Shown one piece after another: positions 1 through 10,571 of a DNA stretch of 62,000 nucleotides (positions are counted from its first letter, which is position 1; each line of letters opens with the position of its first letter). The notes below the pieces were generated by a model, which saw only the letters and a program-made list of their open reading frames with translations, was not told the origin of the DNA and ran no database searches. The DNA comes from Octopus vulgaris (taxonomy: Eukaryota). The DNA is taken from contig OX597822.1 of assembly GCA_951406725.2 (NCBI GenBank), forward strand, positions 43,420,001-43,482,000. Direction: 5' to 3'. A program made the position numbers and the translations under genes.

Positions 1-620
1 GCGGTCGTCGGCATCTTCACCATCTCATCCGGCAGCTTATTCCATGGATCCGCAACCCGGACGGAGAAAGCCCCTCTCCTTCGATTGAGATGAAATCGTC
101 GCAGATAGAGCTTTTCGGAATGACCCCGCAGCCGACGCTCTGGAGCAGGAGTGAAGAACAGCTCCTTCGAGAGGTTACACTTTCCGCTTATGATGTTGTG
201 AGCAAGAATGAGATCACCACAGCGAGAATAAAGGTCGAGCGTCTTCAGCCTTTCTTCATAAGACAAATTCTTGAGACCAAGAACCATGCGGGTAGCCAGC
301 TTCTGGACTCTTTCGAGATGCTGTATGTCTTTGAGGAGATAAGGAGAAGAGGCTTGAATCCCGTACTCCAATATGGGTCTCACCAGCGTGACATAGAGCG
401 GTAGGAATATGGCTGCTGTGAGCATTCCGAATGATCGTCGAATCAAGAACAGAACTCCGCGTGGTTTGTTGGCAGCATGGACGCACTGGGCCGAAGGCGA
501 AAAGGTGGAATCCACCAAGATACCCAGGTCCTTTACCTGATCGGTCCTCAGGCGACAAACATGACGCCCATAGTTGGATACTCTCCATAGCGCTAGAGAG
601 AACGGCTTGTTTATAGCGCA
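1..620 (-). mobile_element. CR1-clade LINE, RT C-terminal fragment (runs off window edge)
   Basis: Manual minus-strand translation of ~545..3: DQVKDLGILVDSTFSPSAQC...LYVTLVRPILEYGIQASSPYLLKDIQHLERVQKLATRMVLGLKNLSYEERLKTLDLYS...FSVRVADPWNKLP. These are typical CR1 post-RT motifs. Frameshifted near 545. Confidence 0.85.
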
Positions 621-799
621 TAGTTATACTCACCGGCATGTTCTGCGTACTTTTTCATTCGGTTTTATAACCAAAAATGTATTAGCAGGCTTCCCAAAAG
701 ATATTGTTTGACATATTAGCCAAAAAATATGACATTCAAGGGAAGATGGGAAAAAATTGTAAATTTGTTTCATGCAATGTAATACACGTATAGATAAAG

Positions 800-814
800 A
801 CACATACACATACG

Positions 815-881
<67 letters not shown>

Positions 882-995
882 ACACAAGCAGTGGCACACG
901 CTTACGCAAACATTCGCGAGATGAAATGAAAACACGAACTACTTACAGAAAAACCGAATCGATAAAAGTGCATGTATATATACATATATACATAT

Positions 996-1078
<83 letters not shown>

Positions 1079-1278
1079 CATATATAATAGAGATATAATA
1101 TATATATATATATATACATGTATTTATACATATATATATATAATATATATAAATAGATAGAAAGATACTATAAGTATGTATATGCTGACACAAATATATA
1201 ATCATAAATACATACATATTTATATATATTAAGTATACATATGTTATATATACATACTAACATACACACACACACACA

Positions 1279-1314
<36 letters not shown>

Positions 1315-1375
1315 TATATATATATATATATATATACATACATAGATATGTGGATGTATATATTTATACAATATG

Positions 1376-1410
<35 letters not shown>

Positions 1411-1576
1411 TATATATCTGTCTCTCTATATATCTAGATCTTCCTTTATGTATATAAAATCATATAATATGCCTACACATACAAACACATAATCATACTT
1501 GCATACAATGTGAGAGAACGAATGAATGGGAGTGTACGTACGAATAATGGAAAGATACATACATTAACAAGATATG

Positions 1577-1623
<47 letters not shown>

Positions 1624-1700
1624 GTGTTATGTGTGTGCGTGTGTGCGTGTGTGCGTGTGTGGATGTGTGTATGTATGTATATGTAAAGCGAAAGTGTATA
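800..1700. repeat. Compound (CA)n/(TA)n/(TATG)n microsatellite block, representative of similar blocks across the window (e.g. 9460-9870, 14270-16350, 17520-19130, 41880-42700, 56390-57025)
   Basis: Directly visible tandem di- and tetranucleotide arrays. Confidence 0.95.
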
Positions 1701-2329
1701 CATTAAATTTCTCTATTGGCTGGATGTTGTTCAATACAGAACTAATATATAACAGGCACTGACTACAAATAACCCAACACACCACAGCCGTCGCCACCAC
1801 CACCACCACCATCAGTACCACCTCCAACACCAGCAACACTATCATCACTGCTACCACCACCACCACCAACCACAACGCCTACAACAATTACTACAACCTC
1901 TAAGCACAACACCAACACATACGCACACACACACGCACACACATCACCAAAGGCATTCCTCTATGATAAACAATTGTTTTCCTATTTACATAGCTCCGTA
2001 ATGACAGGAATATCTGACAGTATCTCAAAAATCTAATAACAAAAGGACGATCAAAATAAATTTTCATATATAACGACGACAACAACAAGAGCTACAACAA
2101 CAAGAACAAGAACAACATAATCGATAAGTACAACGGCAGTATCATTATTATCGACACAATCAATAACAAGAACAAGAAGATGATATAAAGAACAAGGCAA
2201 CGCTGGGTAGAAGGGAAAACTGTTTAAAAAGGAAGAAAATAAAATTGAAGGAAAATAAAAAAAATATACAAAACGGTTTGAACGGGATATAAATTTATAC
2301 TTGCTTGTTATATGAAAAACAGTCATTTT

Positions 2330-2396
<67 letters not shown>

Positions 2397-2580
2397 CCCC
2401 CCCTTTTTTTTAAACCCCCCTTTTTTTTGTCCTCTTTCTCTCCTTTTACGATCCCTTTTGATCGAAACTCCCCTTCCTTTTTTTTTTTTTTTTTTTTTCT
2501 TTCTTAAACCTTCAAAAGAAAAGCTCTACCTTGTAATTTGTTCTATCTGTGTGCAGCCCTGTGTGGCTAATAAAGAAACA
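2397..2580 (+). mobile_element. Tx1/L1-type LINE 3' UTR, heavily 5'-truncated, embedded in (TATC)n
   Basis: Closely matches 37445-37597 (TTTTGTCCTCTTTC...TTTTACGATCCCTTTTGATCGAAA...CAGCCCTGTGTGGCTAATAAAGAAACA). (TATC)n arrays lie immediately left (2331-2396) and right (2581-2636). Confidence 0.8.
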
Positions 2581-2679
<99 letters not shown>

Positions 2680-2775
2680 TCCATCTGTTTTTTCCCTATA
2701 TCTATATATCTACCTAGCCTTTTCTCTAATACATACATGCTTACACACACACGCATACACACACACACACACACA

Positions 2776-3918
2776 CAGGGTACGATAGGTAAATTGTCGC
2801 CATATTATGTTTTTAATTTAAAGCATGCGCATTGTTTGTTTGTTTGATTTGGGCGACTACACGGTATAGTAGGGTCAGTTGGGCACGTCTGTGAGAAGAA
2901 CAGTACCAAGACGCAATTCAGTCTGCCAGAAATTTGGCAACGACATGCTGTAGTGCTTGGCATTCTCGCCATAATCTCCAATACGAACATTTCTAAGTAC
3001 TTGGTTGTCAATCTAAGGACTGTGTGGACGATTTGGAATGAGTTGGATGAGTTTAATAATGATTACGATGGTACGGTAGCTCGGAAAACTCATTCTGAAT
3101 TTGTTGGTGAGATCCTGACCATGATTGAAAATGATCCCTCCAAGTCAATCGAGTCCATCGCCAGGGACATGGGAGTGTCTGAGTATCTTATCAGAAGACA
3201 TTTGGTATTCATTATACGAGATGAGAAAGGATCGATTTTTATCGCAAGCCATCAAGGACAAGAGGAAAGTCCATGTTACGAAGCTTTTGAACAAATACAA
3301 GCATCCCCTCCAACTGAACATACTTTGGTTTGTTTCAGACGAGAAACATTTCTGCCAGGATCAGATGGTGATTACACAGAAAAAGGGTTGGCTTGCCGTG
3401 TCCCCTCAGACACAATACGGAAGCCTACATCAAGTGCCTGGAGGAGGTGGTGCTGTTCTACGTCAACAAAGTGGCTCCTGAAACACCATATGTCTGACAT
3501 CTGCACCATGCCAAAAGAAAGAGAACCCAGTCATGGCTGTGAGACAATTTCTGCAACCACATCACCCTTAATATCTGGCCACCCAATTCCCCAGACTTCA
3601 GCCTACTTGATTATTATGTGAAGGGCACAGTTGAGCAAGAGACCAACAAAACTCCTTGTAATACCAAAGATGAACTGAAGGCAAGGATTATGGCAGGATT
3701 CACCAACATAAACAAGGAGACCATCCAGAAGAGTTGCAGGAGATTCTGAAGTGGTCTGGAGGCCGTGGTTGAAGCCAATGGCGATTTTGTTTAATAAAGT
3801 TACTCTTTAGTATTTCAAGATGTTTTTATATAATTTTGGTAAATATTTCTGTTAAAATGAGATGTCAGTGTTATTTTCATTTCTGCGCAATTGATAGGAC
3901 AACTTATTCACTGCAACT

Positions 3919-3920
<2 letters not shown>
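2776..3920 (+). mobile_element. Tc1/mariner superfamily (maT/DD37D-like) transposon, decayed
   Basis: Frames give ENDPSKSIESIARDMGVSEYLIRR (HTH), LWFVSDEKHFCQDQ (first catalytic D region) and IWPPNSPDFSLLDYYV (third catalytic region). Several frameshifts. Termini (CAGGGT... and ...CTTG-TA) are only weakly inverted. Confidence 0.8.
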
Positions 3921-3968
<48 letters not shown>

Positions 3969-3969
<1 letters not shown>

Positions 3970-4360
3970 TAGCAGTATCGCCCGGCGTTGCTCGGGTTTG
4001 TAAGGGAAATAACTATATAAGTATTTTTAGAGATGTAAAATATAATAGCCATCTCAATATGGTTAACCACAAAGGGGGGGTGTTACTGTAGCTTTTTAGG
4101 TTCTGAGATTTAATCATAAATTTTTAGAGTTACTTCCCTTATACATGCCAAAAATGCATTAAAAATGGGAAAAATTGATGGTATTTTTTTTTAAATCGTA
4201 GACTCATCGTAGACGCGCGCTAATACCCAGAAGGGCTCGATATGAATCATGACTATAAGATACCCGGTTTTGGTTAAACTGCACCGCAAAATATGGGAGT
4301 AGTTAGGAATCTAAATCGTAGGAGACAGACAGCACACAACCTCACTTTTATATATAAAGA
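3969..4360 (-). mobile_element. Non-autonomous Helitron-like element
   Basis: Minus strand starts TCTTTATATATAAAAG and ends CAACGCCGGGCGATACTGCTAG followed by T (TC...CTAG termini with a GC-rich subterminal segment). Related copies at 31363 and 36191. Confidence 0.75.
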
Positions 4361-4454
4361 AGTCATACATACATATACATACAAACATGCATACATACAC
4401 ACACACACACACACACACACATACTCACCCCCCACACACACACACATATAGATA

Positions 4455-4602
4455 ACGGGCTTCTTTCAGTCTTTGTTTACCAAATACACTCACAAGGCTT
4501 TGGTCGGCTCGAAGTTATAATGGAAAACACTTGTACAAGGTGCCACGCAGTGGCACTGAACCCGGAACCATGTGACTGGGAAGCAAGGTACCACACAGAC
4601 AC
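4455..4602 (-). mobile_element. tRNA-headed CORE-like SINE (family C), partial
   Basis: Reverse complement of 8963-9120 (...GGCACCTTG...CCAAAGCCTTGTGAGTG...ACTGAAAGAAGCCCGT). Confidence 0.8.
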
Positions 4603-4830
4603 AACCAGTATATATATATATTTATACGTATATTTATCCGAATATTCTGCATAAATATATTCTTTTTGTGGATCAATAATGCAAACCATTGGTTTTACGC
4701 GGAAATTTCTCCACCGTTTCTAGCGTTTCACTTAACAATATTGGCAATGGGCCTTCCTGTCGGATGAAAAAAAAATACACGCACGTCAGATGAAAAATAA
4801 TGCGAGCGCACTTCTCTCTCTCTCTCTATG

Positions 4831-4924
<94 letters not shown>

Positions 4925-5063
4925 TATATATATACACACACATATATATAAATATATATATATATATACAGTTCTATATTTAAGAGATGGGGAATTATGT
5001 ATAGTATTTACCTTATTTACATTTAACGGATATATATATATATGTATATATATATATAAAATG

Positions 5064-5244
5064 TGACCGCGTGTGTACCGTTGGCAATTTTTTTCCTCTG
5101 TCTTCCCTTTTCTGGATCTTTCTCTGGATGTTACCGACGAAGAGCTCCGCTCGAAACGTTTCCTTCTTTCCTGAGCGTCCAATAATACTATATTTGTTCC
5201 ACGTCCTCGCGTTGTTGTGTTTTTTTGTGATTTCATGTTTGGAT

Positions 5245-5250
<6 letters not shown>
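5064..5250 (+). mobile_element. Penelope-like terminal-repeat relic containing a hammerhead-like core
   Basis: CCGACGA-A-GAGC/TCC/GCTC-GAAA-CG...CG-TC at 5134-5179. Confidence 0.55.
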
Positions 5251-5289
<39 letters not shown>

Positions 5290-5290
<1 letters not shown>

Positions 5291-5412
5291 AATTTTATAG
5301 GAAGACAAAAGACAAAGACAGGTGTATAAACAACAAACAGGTGTATTAGTTTGACTTTCGGGAGGGTGAGAAATTGTTTTAAGTTTCGAGCCTAGGCTCT
5401 TCAACAGAAAGG
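5290..5412 (-). mobile_element. Penelope-like terminal-repeat relic containing a hammerhead-like core
   Basis: Minus strand: TTT-CTGTTGA-A-GAGCCTAGGCTC-GAAA-CTT...AAGTC-AAA at 5410..5350. Confidence 0.55.
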
Positions 5413-5559
5413 AGAATATAAACAGAGGGGGAATATAAAAAAAAAAAAATTGGCGCTAGCTGTCAACATGTGTGTTTGTGTACATGTATTAAATTTGCGT
5501 TAAACCGTGCTAATGTGAAGGAAGGGTGTCTGTTTTAATCGAGCATTTGCGTTAGCCGA

Positions 5560-5775
5560 TGCTAGTAGTAAATACGATGCTGGACACTTACATTATGCAA
5601 ATTAGTTGTTCCACTTTTCTGTATCTAGTGTACCTGTTGAGTATATAAGCAAATTGGCTGCTTACTTCTCTGATTTTGGTCAAATGATGCAGATGCCTCT
5701 GATGAGAATCCAATAAGATTCAAAATTCAATTAAGGGTCTTAATTAATTACTTTTCACTCTAGGGATAAACAGCT
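5560..5775 (+). mobile_element. Penelope-like terminal-repeat relic, degenerate hammerhead core
   Basis: CTGATGA-GAATC/CAATAA/GATTC-AAAA at 5699-5725 (G12 replaced by A), followed by an AATTAAG/CTTAATT hairpin. Confidence 0.45.
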
Positions 5776-5780
5776 TAATT

Positions 5781-6177
5781 CTTATTTCTTTCCTGCCCAC
5801 AAGGGCCTACACACAGATGGGACAAACGGATTAAGTCGTTTATATCGACCCCAGTGCGAAACTGGTACTTATTTAATCGACCCCGAAAGGATGAAAGGCA
5901 AAGTCGACCTCGGCGGAATTTTAACTCAGAACGTAACGACAGACGAAATACCTATTTCTTTATTACCCACAAGGGGCTAAACATAGAGGGGACAAACAAG
6001 GATAGACATAGGTATTAAGTCGATTACATCGACCCCAGTGCGTAACTAGTACTTAATTTATTGACCCCGAAAGGATGAAAGGCAAAGTCGACCTCGGCGG
6101 AATTTGAACTCAGAACGTAGCGGCAGATGAAATACCGCTAAGCATTTCGTCCGGCGTGCTAACGTTCTGCCAGCCCT
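5781..6177 (-). mobile_element. tRNA-headed SINE family A, tandem dimer
   Basis: Two copies of rc(GAGTTCAAATTCCGCCGAGGTCGACTTTGCCTTTCATCCTTTCGGGGTCGAT...) with tails. Confidence 0.9.
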
Positions 6178-6344
6178 TCTTATTGAAGTACTATATAGGT
6201 TAGATATATTTATATTTGTGTGTGTAAGTGTGTGATTATATATATACCTGAGCTTAACATGTTATATAATAACATTATTGAAAATGCTATACGCATCATA
6301 TAACTCTATAAATTTTATAAACAATATGAAAAACAAATATGTTT

Positions 6345-6690
6345 CGGTGGGGTGCTGCATACCCCGGGCTCACGTAAGAGTAAAATAAAATTTAATTCAA
6401 TAAACATATTCTCAGGCGAATTCATATTTCAACAAAATGACATCAAGAGTTATTTCCCTGCTTGTCGTTTATGCATATGCAACAAAGAAAAAAAATCATT
6501 TTAACTCACCCGTCCGCCAGCTTTGAAGATAAACAAACCAAAATAATGAGTTGGAGCAACTCACCCAATGAGCATTTCTGCCAAGTTTGGTGAAAATCCG
6601 CTCAGCCGTTTTCCAGCAATTTTGAAAACACACAGACAAAGACGAGGAACTACAGTATCCTGCTATCGCTTACGCGCGCAGTGTAATTAT
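6345..6690 (+). mobile_element. Possible Helitron/Helentron-type non-autonomous element 3' portion
   Basis: AAGTTTGGTGAAAATCCG...AGCCGTTT...ACAGACA followed by a short GC-rich hairpin-like end (CGCTTACGCGCG). Resembles DINE/HINE-like ends; recognised by pattern only. Confidence 0.4.
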
Positions 6691-7424
6691 ATAGCATTGC
6701 AGTATAAACAAATTTTTTGATGTGAATAACGTGAAATATCAATTTCCTTTCCCTATTGTAGGACTGACATGAGCTTGTCGGATTAAGGTAGATGTATTAA
6801 TTCGCAGACTTGTTTTTACCAGTTCATAATGCTTCTGCAGTGGTCCCTTAGACTCACTGCGGTCTAAGGTGACTCAAGTAGGGCTGAATTAACAGTAGGT
6901 GAGGCATCATTACCTTTCCCCTGTCTTCTGATGCGTGCAATCAAAATACATTTCAACGAATCTTTTAAAATCTCTTCTACTTCCAAAGTGTACGGAAGAT
7001 TTTTTTCAACCATTGGCTAAAGTTTTTCTCATTACATAATGTTCGTAAGCTGAACGAAGCAGACTTGAATAATTGTTTGCGTGTGGCTTCATTGTGGCTA
7101 GGATGTTGTTGCTCTCAAGATCTTAAGATCGAGATTTTGATCACCAGACTGGGCGTTGTATTGTGGTCTTCAGCAAACACATCATTTCAAGCTGGCTCAG
7201 TCCACTCTGTAGTAAATGAGTAACTCTGCGGCAGACGAAATCCTATCATCTTCCGCTGAAGGTGGGGGGGAGGCTGTGATTTCCATCACTTAATTGTCAT
7301 GGAGACTGGGTGACCGGCCATATGAGTCCTGAGACACAAGACAATAATGACCAGGGGACGATGATGAAGAAGGACGAGCCAAGTTATAGACGACGGATTG
7401 ATGTAATTTGCTTTCAATTCAATA

Positions 7425-7512
7425 TAAGACATCCCCCGAAAATAAGCCCTAATGCGCTTTGGGGATGCAAAATTAATATAAGACCGGGTCTTATTTTCGG
7501 GCAAACACGGTA
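7425..7512 (+). mobile_element. pogo/Tigger-type terminal inverted repeat, right end only
   Basis: GGTCTTATTTTCGGGCAAACACGGTA terminus with an internal inverted partner CCCGAAAATAAG at ~7434. Confidence 0.5.
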
Positions 7513-8249
7513 TACCAGTTTAGTAGGTGACGTTCTATAAAACAACTTAACTTCCGGTGCCTCGTAACTTTTCTTCGCATTTCTCTGGTTAAATGCAATA
7601 TTAAAGACTTTCAACAACACATATGCATTAAGTGTGACACACGGATTGCCTGTTTGAACTAATATTGCTTTCGTCGCTAATAACAAATTTCTTATTCAGC
7701 CTAGCGGATAAATGCGACATCAATGACCTTTCAGTCACTGCTTAGCTATATCAGCCAGTAACCAATTTTCGTTTAGTAAGCGACACCAGTAGATACTTAG
7801 GGAAGCAGAAATCCGGATTTAGCAACTCTACAACCGCCGTTTGTACCTTTTCACACTATATTGTCTTATAAGAGAACGCTTTTCTTGAGACAGATACCGC
7901 ATTTTAGAAAGCGTTGCACAGACACATACACACACAAACACACACACACACGCACACACACACACACACGCGCGCGCATACAGACATACATATGTATGTG
8001 TGTATATGAATTTGTGTTGCAAGATTCCTTATGTGAAGACGTGTGTTGAAACAGATATTGTTGTATTTCGGAACGGTCCTTTTTTTTCTTTGCCAAATAC
8101 ACACACGCACTATATATTCATTCTTCACTCGTTTATTACTGACCTTATTCTAACTCATGTCCAGTGTGCGGAAAATTTCGTCACACATCTGTGACCACCT
8201 CAGTGACACTTTCCGTTTTCGTTTGTGCTTATTCCATATATATATATAT

Positions 8250-8915
8250 GATTGATTGATTGATTGATTGATTGATTCTAGTTTCAGCTCACGAGCTGTG
8301 GCCATGCTGGGGCACCGCCATTTGGTGTTGCTACATGGTTTTACTTCACGAATGCTTTTTAGCAACTGCTATTTGGTGCATGAGAGAGTTCGATGCAGCT
8401 GCCCTCATCTGCACCTCCTGCCGTGAAGTTGGTTCATCTGGGATACCTGACAAGAAGAGATCCAGTTTCATTTTAAAGAAATCTGCATCCACCCCACGCA
8501 GGTCTCTTAGGTTCTTCGGGAGGATATTGAAGAGCTGTGGGCCTCGGAAGCCCAGGCTATCACAGTATCTTGTCCTACATCTTGATGGCAAATTTGGAGT
8601 CCTAGGCACCACGCAGTGGCGCCCAGTTCTGGCATTTGTGTAACTCTCGATGCCAAAGTTTGGGACAAGTCCCCCCAGTATCTTCCAGATGTATATCATG
8701 GCATATCTCTCTCGCCTACGCTCCAAGGAATAGAGTTTTAATCTCTTGAGTCTTTCCCAGTAGCTTATATTCTGCACAGAGGCTATCTTCTTCGTGTAGC
8801 TACGTTGGATCGCCTCAAGTTCTGTGATCAACTTGACACTGGATGGTGACCATAGCTGAGAGCAATAGTCAAAGTGGCTTAGGACAAGTGTCCTCCAGAG
8901 GACCATCATGGTTTC
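8250..8915 (-). mobile_element. CR1/L2-type LINE 3' end, 5'-truncated, with 3' UTR and (CAAT)n tail
   Basis: ORF 8346..8909: LVLSHFDYCSQLWSP...LEAIQRSYTKKI...SYWERLKRLKLYSLERRRERY...GPQLFNILP. The tail is (ATTG)n on the plus strand at 8250-8277. Confidence 0.9.
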
Positions 8916-8962
8916 TTGTTCTCTTGTTCTATATATATGTGTGTATGTATAGTCATACGCAC

Positions 8963-9119
8963 AGGAGTGGCTGTGTGGTAAGTAGCTTGCTTACCAACCA
9001 CATGGTTCCGGGATCAGTCCCACAGCGTGACACCTTGGGCAAGTGTCTTGTATTATAGCCTCGGGCCGACCAAAGCCTTGTGAGTGGATTTGGTAGACGG
9101 AAACTGAAAGAAGCCCGTC

Positions 9120-9120
<1 letters not shown>
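8963..9120 (+). mobile_element. tRNA-headed CORE-like SINE (family C), 5' half
   Basis: GGAGTGGCTGTGTGGTAAG head, box-B-like GGATCAGTCCC, CORE-like GACACCTTGGGCAAGTGTCTT. Confidence 0.85.
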
Positions 9121-9154
<34 letters not shown>

Positions 9155-9712
9155 TATATAAAGAGACGTGACTTCGATGCTGCGGTCTGTGAGTCTTCGG
9201 TGGATTAGTTTGCCGGCCGAACCTTCCGAGTCAATATGACACCCTTCTTTGTGTAAAGGTATCATAAGTATATATTTTACAAAAAGGTATTGAATAATAC
9301 ATCAGTCTAAAGTTCAATTGTTTTAATATAATTCGACATATGGCCGTGACTGGCAGAAGAATTAGAACGACGGACAAAATATTTCCCGTCAATTCATTCG
9401 CACTTACGATCTGACCGGAGAATTCGAGAACCCAATACACTAACCAATAGACTACGCGCCATGCATTCATATATGTGTTCGATACATACATGCATACATG
9501 CATACATACATTCATACATACATACATGCATGCATATGTATATATATATATATATATATATACAACCACACACATACATAGACACACAGACACACATATA
9601 TTTCACCATATATATATGTGCGTGTGTGTGTAAACGTGTGCGGTATGTGCGTGTGTGTTTGCATACATAACGATATTGCATCGTGTGTGTGTATATAAAT
9701 ATATACATAACA

Positions 9713-9750
<38 letters not shown>

Positions 9751-9802
9751 ATACAGATACACATACACATATATATATATACATGCATACATACATATAT
9801 TC

Positions 9803-9866
<64 letters not shown>

Positions 9867-10461
9867 CACTACGTTTTAATGCTTGCCAAACTGTTTTCTA
9901 TCTGAAAGTCTAATCTTTATTAGTTATTACATAAAATATTTATAACATATTAATAGCATTTCGGCATATTTAGTGTCGTGCTGTGAAATAATAATTACTA
10001 AAGGGTTGTAACCTCATATATATATATATATATATATATATTTATTATCATTATTTCTGGTGGGGTGGAAGTGGGTGTTATAGAGTGCGGCCGACCGTTA
10101 GATGGCAGCAGCGTGATATGCTTAAAGACTTTCATTTTTCTTTCTGTTTTTCGTCAGACTTGCGTGTGATTGTCACATTTTTTTTCTAAGTACGACCAAC
10201 CGTCATTCGCGTGTGAATATGGCTTGTTGACATGCACCCAGAGTATCATGCAATTTTTTTTTTTTTTTTCGATTTTGATTTCCTTCCGATTATCTCATCA
10301 TCTACATCAGTGGTTCTCTACCAGAGTCCATACGGCCCTTAGGGGTCGACAGAAGATTTTGTTTGTTAAAAATTATATGCAAGAAATTGTTTATACTTCT
10401 ACAACCCACAAAATATTTCAACAATTTTTTTTTAATACAGTATCTAATAATATTAATTATA

Positions 10462-10548
10462 AGGTGGCGAGCTGGCAGAAACGTTAGCACGTCGGGCGAA
10501 ATGTTTAGCGGTATTTAGTCTGCTGCTACGTTCTGAGTTCAAATTTAA
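10462..10548 (+). mobile_element. SINE family A head, truncated
   Basis: GGTGGCGAGCTGGCAGAAACGTTAGCACG...GAGTTCAAATT. Confidence 0.85.
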
Positions 10549-10571
10549 TGGTATGAAATGAATATAAAAGT

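Noticed and set aside
6909-7046. Minus-strand exon candidate with AAG|GTAATG donor
   Set aside because: All frames are closed and the acceptor is moderate; no supporting context
9150-9235. Very degenerate hammerhead-like pattern (TTCGATGC...GGCCGAACCTTCCGAGTC)
   Set aside because: At least three core mismatches and no convincing stem II
10090-10160. TAGATGGCAGCA (CTCF-like) plus a strong acceptor-like tract
   Set aside because: A single short motif of a kind also common in DNA-transposon subterminal regions; cannot be distinguished without data
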